Part shown: piece after piece, positions 10,070 through 19,601 of the stretch
Layout: the number at the start of each line of letters is the position of its first letter
Numbering within the stretch: position 1 is the stretch's first letter
Source of the DNA: Brachybacterium avium
GTDB taxonomy: Bacteria > Actinomycetota > Actinomycetes > Actinomycetales > Dermabacteraceae
Reading direction: 5' to 3'
NCBI RefSeq assembly: GCF_002216795.1
Contig: NZ_CP022316.1
Span: forward strand, 2,445,205-2,509,204
Length of the DNA: 64,000 bases
Notes under the pieces: model-generated
What the model was told of the DNA's origin: nothing
Seen by the model: the letters and a program-made list of their open reading frames with translations, nothing else
Database searches by the model: none
Made by a program: the position numbers and the translations under genes

Positions 10070-10317
10070 GCCGGGCCTGAGCCGCCGCGCCGCCCGCCCC
10101 GGGCCAGGCCAGAGCCTCCGCCCCGCCCGAGCCGGGCCAGGGCCTTCGCCCCTCCCGAGCCGGGGCCGGGCCGGGGCTCGAGAACAGCGGCGCACCGATC
10201 CGTTCCCCCGATCCCGTTCATGGGTGAGCGATATCGGGGGACTGGGCGCAGGGCGGTGGCGTGGCGTGGCGTGGAGCGATCAGCGCAACGGGTACGTGCG
10301 TGCCGCCCCCCCCCGCC

Positions 10318-11289
10318 TCAGGCGTCGACCACGAGCCGGAACCCCTTGTTGCCGCTGGCATCCTCGGCGGCGGTGGAGGAGCGGGCGGCGACCCGGTAGC
10401 GGTTGCAGTACGAGTCGTGGCACAGGTAGGACCCGCCGCGCATCACCCGCACATCGCCGGTGAGCGAGTCTGCAGGGCCTGTGGCCCAGGCGTCGCTGCA
10501 CCACTCCCACACGTTCCCGGCCACCTCGTACAGCCCGAAGCCGTTGGGCGGGAAGGACCGCACCGGTGCGGTGCCGAGGAACCCGTCCTCGAGGGTGTTG
10601 CGCACGGGGAAGGCACCCTGCCAGATGTTGCAGCGGTGCTCACCGCCCGGGGTCAGCTCCTCACCCCACGCGTAGCGGGCCTGGTCCAGGCCCCCGCGTG
10701 CGGCCTTCTCCCACTCCGCCTCGCGGGGCAGCCGCATCCCGCACCAGCTCGCGAACGCCTCCGCATCCCGCAGTGACACGTGCACCACCGGATGCTCGCC
10801 GCGCCCGGTGAGATCCGATCCCGGACCTTCCGGGGCGTCCCAGCGCGCACCTTCGACCGCCCGCCACCAGGGCGTGCCCGGCGGTTTGCGGCTCGCCCGG
10901 CGCAGCTCCTTCTCCAGCAGTGCACCGAACACGAACGACCAGCCGAACTCCTCGGCCTCGGTGACGTACCCGGTTTCGGCCACGAACGCCGCGAACTCGG
11001 CACCCGTCACGCAGGCGGCATCGATCCGGAAAGCGGGCACCTCGACCGTGCGCACGGGGGACTCGCCATCGCCCACGTTGCGGTCCGCATCCTCGGTGCC
11101 CATCCGGAAGGGCCCGGCCCCGATGAGCACGGCCCGCTGGGCACGGGCCCGGACCTCCGCGACCGGCGCGGCGATCGCGAGGAGCGAGGAATCCGCTGCG
11201 ACGTCGCGGGCATTCGCGGCGTCCCCGTCGGCCCCCGCGGGTTCCATCCCGGCCCGCCCGGCGGCGCAGCAGCTGCCCGTCCCTGCCAT
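10318..11289 (-). CDS. formylglycine-generating enzyme (FGE/SUMF1 family, sulfatase-maturating)
   Basis: 323 aa. The C-terminal block GLYEVAGNVWEWCSDAW...RVMRGGSYLCHDSYCNRYRVAAR is the FGE signature. Confidence 0.85.
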   Translation of the reverse strand: MAGTGSCCAAGRAGMEPAGADGDAANARDVAADSSLLAIAAPVAEVRARAQRAVLIGAGPFRMGTEDADRNVGDGESPVRTVEVPAFRIDAACVTGAEFAAFVAETGYVTEAEEFGWSFVFGALLEKELRRASRKPPGTPWWRAVEGARWDAPEGPGSDLTGRGEHPVVHVSLRDAEAFASWCGMRLPREAEWEKAARGGLDQARYAWGEELTPGGEHRCNIWQGAFPVRNTLEDGFLGTAPVRSFPPNGFGLYEVAGNVWEWCSDAWATGPADSLTGDVRVMRGGSYLCHDSYCNRYRVAARSSTAAEDASGNKGFRLVVDA

Positions 11290-11470
11290 CAGCAGTCCTT
11301 CCTCGCGTCGAGCGCGGACGGCGGCGCCGCGCAGACTTCACGGTAGCCCGGTTCGTCCCGTCGGCCGAAGCAGGAATGCGGAACCGGTGGTGACGCGGCG
11401 CACATCCCGGTACGGTCGATGATCGTGCGCCGGCGCGCACCCGATCCGACGACGACGACGGAGGTCTCCC

Positions 11471-12838
11471 GTGAACCAGGCACCATCTCGACGAACGGCC
11501 CGACAGGACGACGGGGGTGCCCGCCCCGGCCGCCGCCGGCTCCTGGCCTCCTTCGGCGCCCTCCCGGCCGGCGCCGTCCTCGCCTCCGCCGGCGCCGCCA
11601 CCGCCGCTCCCGGCGGCAAGGACAGAGGGAAGGGGAAGGGCGGCGCCGCCCACGGCGACTTCCGCCTCGGGGTGGAGAACCTGCTGGAGCCGGAGGCGCT
11701 GGAGACCCTGCGCGATGCGCGCGTCGGCCTGATCACCAACCCCACCGGCACCGACCGCGAGCTGCGCTCCACGATCGACCTGCTGGTCGAGGCCCAGGAC
11801 GCCGGCGGCTTCACGATGGCCGCCCTGTTCGGCCCCGAGCACGGGGTGCGCGGCGCCGAACCGGCCGGCGGCTCCGTCGGCGACTACATCGACGAGAAGA
11901 CCGGCCTGCCCGTCCGCTCCCTCTACGGCGACACCCAGAAGCCCACCCCGGAGATGCTCGCCGACGTGGACGTGCTGATCTTCGACATCCAGGACATCGG
12001 CACCCGCTTCTACACCTACATCTGGACGATGTACTACGCGATGGAGGCCGCCGGCGAGAACGGGAAGCGGTTCCTCGTGCTGGATCGTCCGAACCCGCTG
12101 GGCACCGATATCGAGGGCTTCCTGCTCGAGCCCGAGCTGTCGAGCTTCGTGGGGCTGCGCGAGATCCCGCAGACCCACGGCCTCACCGTGGGCGAGCTCG
12201 CCCAGCTGTTCAACGGCGAGTTCCTCGACGGCGTCGTCTCCCTCGAGGTGATCGCGATGAGCGGCTACGACGCCGAGGACCCCGCAGCCGCGGACCTCCC
12301 CTGGGTGCTGCCCTCCCCGAACATCCCCACCGCGGACACCGCCGTGGTCTACGCGGGCACGGGCCTGATCGAGTCGCTGAACATCTCCGAGGGCCGCGGC
12401 ACCACCATCCCGTTCCTCTGGTTCGGCGCCCCGTTCATCACCGAGTCCGATGTCGACGCGGTCATCGCGGAGCTGCAGGCCGCGGAGCTGCCGGGCGTGC
12501 TCTATCGGCCGATGTTCACCACCCCCGTCTCCTCCAAGCACGCCGGCGAGTTCTGCGGCGGCCTGCAGCTGCATGTCACGGATCCGCTCGCCTACGAGCC
12601 GGTGCGCACCGGCATCCACGTGCTCTCCGCGCTGCTGGCCACCGTCGAGGAGGTCGACTGGCGCGAGGGCGAGGACTGCCGCACCGAGGAGGACGTCTGC
12701 TGGATCGACAAGCTCTCCGGCACCAAGCGCACCCGCGCGATGCTCGAGGCGGGGGAGAGCGCCGAGTCGATCGTCACCGCCTGGCGCCGCGAGTCCCGCC
12801 GCTTCCAACTGACCACCGAGCGCTACCGCCTCTACTGA
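11471..12838 (+). CDS. DUF1343 family protein (NamZ-like exo-beta-N-acetylmuramidase family), Tat-secreted
   Basis: GTG start. Twin-arginine signal GRRRLLASFGALPAG. Conserved DUF1343 blocks (GLITNPTGTDREL...LFGPEHGVRGAEPAG, EGRGTTIPF). Confidence 0.7.
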   Translation: MNQAPSRRTARQDDGGARPGRRRLLASFGALPAGAVLASAGAATAAPGGKDRGKGKGGAAHGDFRLGVENLLEPEALETLRDARVGLITNPTGTDRELRSTIDLLVEAQDAGGFTMAALFGPEHGVRGAEPAGGSVGDYIDEKTGLPVRSLYGDTQKPTPEMLADVDVLIFDIQDIGTRFYTYIWTMYYAMEAAGENGKRFLVLDRPNPLGTDIEGFLLEPELSSFVGLREIPQTHGLTVGELAQLFNGEFLDGVVSLEVIAMSGYDAEDPAAADLPWVLPSPNIPTADTAVVYAGTGLIESLNISEGRGTTIPFLWFGAPFITESDVDAVIAELQAAELPGVLYRPMFTTPVSSKHAGEFCGGLQLHVTDPLAYEPVRTGIHVLSALLATVEEVDWREGEDCRTEEDVCWIDKLSGTKRTRAMLEAGESAESIVTAWRRESRRFQLTTERYRLY

Positions 12839-12851
12839 GCAGGAGCATCCC

Positions 12852-14621
12852 ATGAACCCCCAGCACCCCATCGCCCGCCGCACCTTCACCGCGGCCGCCC
12901 TCGCCGGAGCCGGCACCGCCATCGGCCTGCCCGCCGCCGCCCACGCCGCCCCCGCCGGGACGGGCGGGGACCGCCACCAGCACCGCATCGAGGAGCTCCT
13001 GGCAGGCATGAGCCTCGAGCAGAAGATCGGCCAGCTGTTCGTCGCCGTCGGCTACGGCGCCACCGCCGATGCGCCCCACCCCTCGAACACGGCCACCACC
13101 GGCGTGGACACCATCGCAGAGATCGTCCGCACCCATCACGTGGGCGGGCTGATCTACTTCGTGTGGAGCGACAACCTCCAGGACATCGAGCAGATCGCGA
13201 CGCTCTCGAACGACGCCCAGGACGCCGCCCGCGACAGCGGCGGCATCCCGCTGGTGATCAGCGCCGACGAGGAGCGCGGCGTGGTCTACCGCCTGCCCGC
13301 GCCCGCCACGCCCCTGCCGGGTCAGATGGCGCTCGGCGCCACCGGCTCCCGCGCCCATACCCGCAAGGCCGGGGACATCGTGGGCACCGAGATGCGGGCC
13401 GCCGGCCTCCACCAGGCCTTCTCGCCGGTGGTCGACGTCAACATCGAGGCGCAGAACCCGGTGATCGGGGTGCGCTCCCTCGGGGCGGACCCGCAGGCGG
13501 TCGCCCGCCTCGCCGCCGCTCAGATCCGGGGCATCCAGGGGGCGAACTGCTCCGCCGCGGCCAAGCACTTCCCCGGCCACGGGGACACCGCGACCGACTC
13601 CCATCTGGGGCTGCCGGTCATCGACCACACCCGCGAGGAGCTCGCCGCCCTCGACCTGCCGCCCTTCGTCGCGGCGATCGACGAGGGCGTGGACTCCATC
13701 ATGACCGCGCACATCATGGTCCCCGCGCTCGACGACTCCGGGGTCCCGGCGACCCTCTCGCCCCCGATCCTCACCGGCCTGCTGCGCGAGGAGCTCGGCT
13801 TCGAGGGCGTGATCGTCACCGATTCGCTCGCCATGGACGGGGTGCGCACCCTGTTCAGCGATGACCGGGTCCCCGTCGAGGCGATCCTCGCAGGCGCCGA
13901 CCAGATGCTCATGCCGCCGGACCTCACCGTCGCGATCGGCGGCGTGCGAGATGCCGTCGCCGACGGGGAGATCACCGAGGAGCGCCTGGACCGGTCCGTG
14001 CGCCGCATCCTGCGCCAGAAGCTCGAGCGCGGTCTGTTCGAGCAGGTGCAGGTCGACCCGGCCACGGCCGCCGACTCGATCGGGACCCGCCGCTCGATGA
14101 GCTCCGCCCAGCGCATGGCCGAGGACTCGATCACCCGGATCCTCGACGACGGCAGCACCCTCCCGCTCGCGAGCGGCACGAGAGTGCTGATCACCGGTAG
14201 CGGCACCACCGCGAAGTTCGAGGTGACCTCCCGCGAGCTGGCCACCCAGGGTCTGAAGGTCATCGCCCTGCCGGAGCCGGACCGCGAGCAGGCCGCCGTG
14301 GTCGCCGAGGGCGTCGACGCGGTGCTGGTGTTCACCTCCTCGGCCGGCTTCGTCACTCCCAGGACACAGGTGGAGCTGGTCGAGGCACTGGTCGCGACCG
14401 GCGTCCCCGTGATCCACGCCGCGCTGCGCAACCCCTACGACGTGGTGCACGTGGGAGATGTGGCGGTGTCGCTGGCGGCCTACGGCAACGCCGACGCCTC
14501 GCTGCGCGCGCTCGCCGGGGTGCTCCTCGGCGAGGTGCGGACCCGCGGCACGCTCCCGGTCCCGATCCCGCAGGCCGACGGCACCGGGGAGGCGTACCCG
14601 CTCGGGCACGGGCTGCGCTGA
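12852..14621 (+). CDS. glycoside hydrolase family 3 (beta-N-acetylhexosaminidase/NagZ-like), Tat-secreted
   Basis: SD aggagc 6 nt upstream. Tat-like signal (RRTFTAAALAGAGTAIGLPAAAHA). GH3 N-domain motif KHFPGHGDTATDSHLGLPVIDH. Confidence 0.85.
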   Translation: MNPQHPIARRTFTAAALAGAGTAIGLPAAAHAAPAGTGGDRHQHRIEELLAGMSLEQKIGQLFVAVGYGATADAPHPSNTATTGVDTIAEIVRTHHVGGLIYFVWSDNLQDIEQIATLSNDAQDAARDSGGIPLVISADEERGVVYRLPAPATPLPGQMALGATGSRAHTRKAGDIVGTEMRAAGLHQAFSPVVDVNIEAQNPVIGVRSLGADPQAVARLAAAQIRGIQGANCSAAAKHFPGHGDTATDSHLGLPVIDHTREELAALDLPPFVAAIDEGVDSIMTAHIMVPALDDSGVPATLSPPILTGLLREELGFEGVIVTDSLAMDGVRTLFSDDRVPVEAILAGADQMLMPPDLTVAIGGVRDAVADGEITEERLDRSVRRILRQKLERGLFEQVQVDPATAADSIGTRRSMSSAQRMAEDSITRILDDGSTLPLASGTRVLITGSGTTAKFEVTSRELATQGLKVIALPEPDREQAAVVAEGVDAVLVFTSSAGFVTPRTQVELVEALVATGVPVIHAALRNPYDVVHVGDVAVSLAAYGNADASLRALAGVLLGEVRTRGTLPVPIPQADGTGEAYPLGHGLR

Positions 14622-14629
14622 GCCGTGGG

Positions 14630-15881
14630 CTACGGGCGCGGGGCAGGGACCAGATCCTCGTGCGCCCGCCGTTCCGCTGCCTCCCGGGCCAGACGCCGAC
14701 GCCGCGCATTGACCCATGCAGTGGTGAACACCAGGCCGGTCACCACCATCACGGAGGTCATCACGCCGATCACCACGGCGAAGGTGGCCTGGAGGGTGGC
14801 CAGGGAGAGCAGGGCGCTGGAGATGATGATGCCCAGCGCGTTCGCGGTGCGCAGCTGCGCGAACACCTCGGCCCGGTGCTCGGGGCCACCAGACGGTCCA
14901 GCACCAGGGAGTAGTAGGTGGACAGCGGTGCCAGCACCGCTCCGACCAGCAGCGCCCCGATCACCGTGGTCGTCACCGAGTTCCCGAAGCCCACGGCCGC
15001 CACGCCGAGGGCGGTCACCGCGAGCCAGGCCAGCACGGTGCGGCGACGCGGCATCCGATTGTGCACGCTCACCCAGATCCCGCCGAGGATCGAGGTCACG
15101 CAGATCGCGACCGGGAACAGCACGCCCCAGGCCGCCGGCATCCCGAAGGAGACCGCCATCGAGACCGCGCCGATCTCGATCGCCGCGATCGACGCCGCGC
15201 TGGCCCCGCCGCACACGAGCCACAGCAGGATCATCGGGGTCAGGCGCAGCCGGCTGCGACGCTGCTCCGGGCCCGGAGCGGTGGCAGTCGCGATCCGCGG
15301 CAGCAGCAGCACCGGGCCCACCCCAGCACGACCATCGCCCAGGCCGCGGCCTGGGGGGAGAAGCTGCCCAGCGCTGCGGCGAGCACCGGGGAGCTGACGA
15401 AGACGACCTCGTTGAGGGTGGCGGCGATGCCGAGCGCCCGGGGCAGACGGCCTGCCGGCACCAGGTGGTTCAGCACGGCGCGCAGGTTCCCGTAGGCCGC
15501 ACCGTTGACCAGCCCGGCCAGCGCCGCACCGGCCACCACGAGCGGGAAGGGGGCGCCGAGGCCGGCGAGGAGGGCGATCCCCACCAGTGCCAGCGTGCGC
15601 AGGCCGATCAGCACCCGCAGGAGCGGGATCGGGGAGAAGCGGCGACCGAAGCGCGTGATCGGCACTGCGCCGAGCACCTGCGCGAGCGTCATCGCGAGCA
15701 TCATCGCCGCGCCGCTCGCGGCATCACCGGTCAGCGGCAGCGCGATCAGCGAGAACGCGATCGGAGCGGCGGCCTGCGGGACCGTGAAGGAGCCGTAGGA
15801 GGCGAACCAGCGCAGCAGGGGTCCGTTCGGCCGGCGCACCCGGGTGGGTGCGGCGGGGGCGAGAGCGGTGTGTCCGGCCAT
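14630..15881 (-). pseudogene. MFS transporter gene disrupted by two frameshifts
   Basis: Three consecutive minus-strand ORFs (15881-15240, 15321-14770, 15223-14630) in different frames together give an approximately 417-aa, 12-TM MFS protein. Frame switches occur near 15250-15300 and 14880-14900. Confidence 0.55.
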
Positions 15882-16028
15882 GGAGGACCTCCTTCGACGG
15901 GTGGGGAGCAGGGGCGATGCCACTACTGCGCAACATAGTGCGCACACGACCTGGTGCGCAATATAGTTCCCGTCACCCCGGCTAGGATTCGAGGCACAGA
16001 CGGCACCAGGACGGCCAGGAGGTCCGGG

Positions 16029-16646
16029 ATGAGCGGTGGGATGCGCCCCGCAGTGGTGGAGCTGCTCGGCGAGCGGATCCGCTCCGCGCGCCAGGAGCAG
16101 GACCTCAGCGTCGGCGCGCTCGCCGAGCTCAGCGAGGTCTCCCGCCGGATGCTCACCCAGATCGAGCTCGGCCAGGCGAATCCGTCGGTCGCGATCCTGG
16201 ATCGCATCGCTGCCGGGCTCGGCACCACCTTCGCCGCCCTGATGGGGGTGGGGGCAGGGGACGCGCCCGAGGGCGTCGAGATCTGGTCCACGAGCACCGG
16301 CAGCTGGGCCGTGCTGCTGGACGCGGTGGACACCGAGGCGCTCTCGGTGGAGACCTGGAAGTGGAAGCTGCTGGGCGAGGACGTCTACGAGGGCGGCGGG
16401 GGCATCCCGCTCCCGGGCCTCATGCATCACGTGATCGACGGGGCGCTCGAGATCGAGACCGACGAGTCCGTGCAGGTCATCGAGGCCGGGGGCTCCGGCC
16501 GGGTATCCGCCGGCGGGCCCTACCGCTATCGCGCCCAGCAGGGGCAGGCGGCCGTGTTCTTCAGCGTCGCCCTGCTCGCCCGCCCCGCGCGCGGGGCAGG
16601 CGGGAGCTACGGTGGACGGCACGACGATCGAGGAGGCACGTCATGA
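16029..16646 (+). CDS. XRE-family HTH transcriptional regulator with C-terminal cupin domain
   Basis: HTH_XRE (IRSARQEQDLSVGALAELSEVSRRMLTQIELGQANPSVAIL) followed by a cupin-like C-terminus. Divergent from the MFS pseudogene. Confidence 0.75.
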   Translation: MSGGMRPAVVELLGERIRSARQEQDLSVGALAELSEVSRRMLTQIELGQANPSVAILDRIAAGLGTTFAALMGVGAGDAPEGVEIWSTSTGSWAVLLDAVDTEALSVETWKWKLLGEDVYEGGGGIPLPGLMHHVIDGALEIETDESVQVIEAGGSGRVSAGGPYRYRAQQGQAAVFFSVALLARPARGAGGSYGGRHDDRGGTS

Positions 16647-16858
16647 GCGAGAAGTTCGCAGTCGGTGACCATGTCAGCTGGAACTCCGAGGCCGGTCGCG
16701 TCTCGGGCACCATCACCGAGGTCCACACGGAGGACTTCGACTACAAGGGCCACACCCGCCGTGCGAGCGAGGACGAGCCCCAGTACGAGATCGCCAGCGA
16801 CAAGACCGACCACATCGCCGCCCACAAGGGCTCCACGCTCCGCCGGCTCAGCAGCTAG
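16643..16858 (+). CDS. DUF2945 (hypervirulence-associated TUDOR-like) small protein
   Basis: 71 aa, MSEKFAVGDHVSWNSEAGRVSGTITEVHTEDFDYKGH... SD aggagg 7 nt upstream. ATGA overlap with the XRE stop. Confidence 0.6.
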   Translation: MSEKFAVGDHVSWNSEAGRVSGTITEVHTEDFDYKGHTRRASEDEPQYEIASDKTDHIAAHKGSTLRRLSS

Positions 16859-16929
16859 TCGGACACGCGGCGGCAGCAGTTCTGCGAAATGGGGGACGCC
16901 ACGGCGTCGTTGCCTGCACACTGAGGCTC

Positions 16930-17337
16930 ATGACGGCGAAGGATCAGCACAGCACCGTGTGGCGCGGACCGGTCACCGACCAGGAGCTCTCGAGCCTGCA
17001 CGCCGCCGCCTTCGACCACCCCGAGGAGCTCGAACCCTGGACGGAGCGGCTCGAGCGCTATTCCCTCGGCTGGGTCACGGTGCGGCGCGACGAGCGGCTG
17101 GTCGGCTTCTGCAACATCATCACCGACGGCGGGCACCACGCCTTCCTGCTCGACGTCATCGTCCAGCCCGGGCACCAGGGCACCGGCATCGGCAAGGAGC
17201 TCGTGCACCGCGCGATCGAGGAGTGCCGCTCCAGCGCCGTCGACTGGCTCCACGTCGACTTCGAGGCGGACCTGGGCCCCTTCTACATGACCGAGGGGCT
17301 GTTCCGACGCAGCACCGCCGGCATCTTGAAGGTCTGA
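16930..17337 (+). CDS. GNAT family N-acetyltransferase
   Basis: 135 aa. Acetyl-CoA-binding motif QPGHQGTGIGKELV. Confidence 0.75.
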   Translation: MTAKDQHSTVWRGPVTDQELSSLHAAAFDHPEELEPWTERLERYSLGWVTVRRDERLVGFCNIITDGGHHAFLLDVIVQPGHQGTGIGKELVHRAIEECRSSAVDWLHVDFEADLGPFYMTEGLFRRSTAGILKV

Positions 17338-17359
17338 GTCCACACCGTAGGCTGACCGC

Positions 17360-18244
17360 ATGAGTGCACCCACCCGCCGCCTCGGCTCCCTGACCGTCTC
17401 CGCCCTCGGACTGGGCGCCATGCCGCTGTCGATGGGGCGCGGCGAGCCCGCCCCGCACGACCGCGCGATGGCCACCGTCCACGCCGCCCTCGATGCCGGG
17501 ATCACCCTGCTCGACACCGCCGACATCTACGCCCCCAGCTGGGACACCATGGGGCACAACGAGAAGCTCGTCAGCGAGGCGCTGCGCAGCTGGAACGGGG
17601 ACCGCTCCTCGGTGGTGGTCGCCACCAAGGGCGGCATCACCCGCTCCGCAGAGGGCGGCGGCCGCGACGGCTCCGCCACCTATCTCCGCGCCGCGCTGGA
17701 GAAGTCGCTGGCGGCCCTCGGCACCGACACCATCGACCTGTACTACTGGCACCGCCCGGACCGCAGCATCCGCTACGCCGACGCCGTCGAGGCGCTCGCC
17801 GCTCTCCAGCAGGAGGGCCTGATCCGCGAGATCGGCATCTCCAACGCGAACGTCGAGGAGATCGACGTGGCCCGCGACGTGCTGGGCGAGGGCGGGCTGG
17901 CCGCCGTGCAGAACGAGTTCTCCCCGACCTTCTTCCACACCAGCCGCCACGAGCTCACCCACTGCGGCGAGCACGGCATCACCTTCGTGCCCTGGTCGCC
18001 GCTGGGCGGCACCGGCGGTGGGGCGGCCGCGGTGGGGGAGCGGTTCCCGCAGATCCAGCGCATCGCCGAGGCCCACGGCGTGAGCCCGCAGCAGGTGGTC
18101 CTGGCCTGGGAGCTGTCCCTGGGCGAGCATGTCCTCCCGATCCCCGGCGCCAGCCGTCCCGAGTCGATCACCGACTCCGCCGGCGCGCTGAGCCTCGAGC
18201 TCACCGACGCCGAGCGCGAGGAGCTGGACCGGATCATCGCCTGA
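17360..18244 (+). CDS. aldo/keto reductase
   Basis: 294 aa. LGLGAMPLS...IDLYYWHRPD...GISNANVEE blocks typical of AKR family oxidoreductases. Confidence 0.85.
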   Translation: MSAPTRRLGSLTVSALGLGAMPLSMGRGEPAPHDRAMATVHAALDAGITLLDTADIYAPSWDTMGHNEKLVSEALRSWNGDRSSVVVATKGGITRSAEGGGRDGSATYLRAALEKSLAALGTDTIDLYYWHRPDRSIRYADAVEALAALQQEGLIREIGISNANVEEIDVARDVLGEGGLAAVQNEFSPTFFHTSRHELTHCGEHGITFVPWSPLGGTGGGAAAVGERFPQIQRIAEAHGVSPQQVVLAWELSLGEHVLPIPGASRPESITDSAGALSLELTDAEREELDRIIA

Positions 18245-18463
18245 CGGTGAGGAGAATCCCGTGGCGGATCCCGGCCCAGGGGCGTAGCGTGTCCGCGTCC
18301 ACGTCGGGAGAGGAGCACGGCATGAGCATCACGCCTGCAGGGAGCGGGGCGGCCGGCACGGCCTGCTCGGTGTGACCCGGCGCGACCGCGCACCGTCATG
18401 AACATCGCCTGAACTCTCCCGCGCAGCCTGCCCGACCTCGGTGTCCGGTGCCGTGCGCCTCCC

Positions 18464-18973
18464 GTGAGGACCCCCATGATCCCCCTGACCGATTCCCTGA
18501 TCCGCAGCTCTTTCGTCAACGCCACCAAGGGCGAGGCCAAGCGTGCCCTGCTGCCCGACCTCGACGCCGTCGACTGGGAGCGCCTGGACCTGCTGGGCTG
18601 GCAGGACGCGAAGCGTCCGAAGCTGCACTACGTGAGCCTCGAGCTCGACGGCGAGGTGGCGACCATCCAGCTGCGCGGCGCTGAGCGTCCACCGGTGAAG
18701 AAGCTGCTGTGCTCCTGGTGCGAGGACATCGTCGACGGCAACCGGGCGGCGAGCTTCGTGGCTCCGCTGGGCGGCGACGCCGGCCGACGGGGCAACACCA
18801 TCGGCACCGCGATCTGCGCCGACCTGCGCTGCTCGCGCAATGTGCGCCGCGCGCCGTCCTCCTACGAGCTGCGCTCCGAGGATCCCGCGCTGCTGGCGTA
18901 CCACCGCGAGCAGAAGATCGCCGGCCTGCGGGAGCGCTCGACCCGCTTCGTCCGCGCCGTCAAGGCAGGCTGA
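18464..18973 (+). CDS. FBP domain protein (C-terminal treble-clef zinc finger)
   Basis: 169 aa. The N-terminus IRSSFVNATKGEAKRA and the C-terminal CSWCE...CADLRC cysteine pairs match actinobacterial FBP-domain proteins. An alternative start at 18476 is possible. Confidence 0.55.
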   Translation: MRTPMIPLTDSLIRSSFVNATKGEAKRALLPDLDAVDWERLDLLGWQDAKRPKLHYVSLELDGEVATIQLRGAERPPVKKLLCSWCEDIVDGNRAASFVAPLGGDAGRRGNTIGTAICADLRCSRNVRRAPSSYELRSEDPALLAYHREQKIAGLRERSTRFVRAVKAG

Positions 18974-19601
18974 TCACGACGTCCGCCCGGTCGCGGGTGC
19001 CCGCGACCAGGCGGGCGTTCTCCTCGTCGGTCCCCAGCGACCACTCCCGGGCGTCCCGCGGTGACTTCCCGAAACGCTGATGCCGCTCGATCAGCCGTCG
19101 GTGGCGCAGCGCCTCGGGCACCTCGACGAACCAGCGTGCATCCAGCAGTGCGCCGACGTGCACCCAGGGTCCCTGCTCGCACAGCAGATAGTTCCCCTCG
19201 GTGATGATCAGCGGCACCTCGGCGGGCACCTCGATCGCCCCGGCGAGGGGCTGTTCGAGGTCCCGTGCGAACATCGGCGCCCACACCGACGGATCCTGCG
19301 GCCTCGCCGCGTGCAGTCTCTGCAGCAGCGCCACATAGCCCGCGGCGTCGAAGGTGTCCGGTGCGCCCTTGCGCTGCGCACGGCCCAGCCGCTCCAGCGC
19401 CGCATCCGCGAGGTGGAAGCCGTCCATCGGCACCACCGCGCAGGAGCCCTCGGGCAGGCGCTCGGCCAGCAGCTCAGTGAGCGTCGACTTCCCGGCCCCG
19501 GGCGCGCCCGTGATCCCCAGCAGCCGCCGCCCGCCGCTGCGCCGCGCCTGGTCCAGCAGGGTCAGCGCGGCGGTGACGGCCTGCTCAGCGTGCATGCTCA
19601 T
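18960..19601 (-). CDS. P-loop nucleoside/nucleotide kinase (uridine kinase/PRK-like, FrcK-like)
   Basis: 213 aa. Walker A GITGAPGAGKST. Overlaps the helicase stop by 17 nt (same strand, coupled). Confidence 0.7.
   Translation of the reverse strand: MSMHAEQAVTAALTLLDQARRSGGRRLLGITGAPGAGKSTLTELLAERLPEGSCAVVPMDGFHLADAALERLGRAQRKGAPDTFDAAGYVALLQRLHAARPQDPSVWAPMFARDLEQPLAGAIEVPAEVPLIITEGNYLLCEQGPWVHVGALLDARWFVEVPEALRHRRLIERHQRFGKSPRDAREWSLGTDEENARLVAGTRDRADVVISLP

Noticed and set aside
10661-13009. 782-aa ORF on the minus strand
   Set aside because: Antisense to the DUF1343 gene, which has a Tat signal and conserved motifs. The ORF has low-complexity composition.
13163-14431. ORFs 13163-13864 (+) and 13520-14431 (-)
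   Set aside because: Alternative frames or antisense within the GH3 gene.
17156-18130. 324-aa minus-strand ORF
   Set aside because: Antisense to the aldo/keto reductase and GNAT genes. No motifs.
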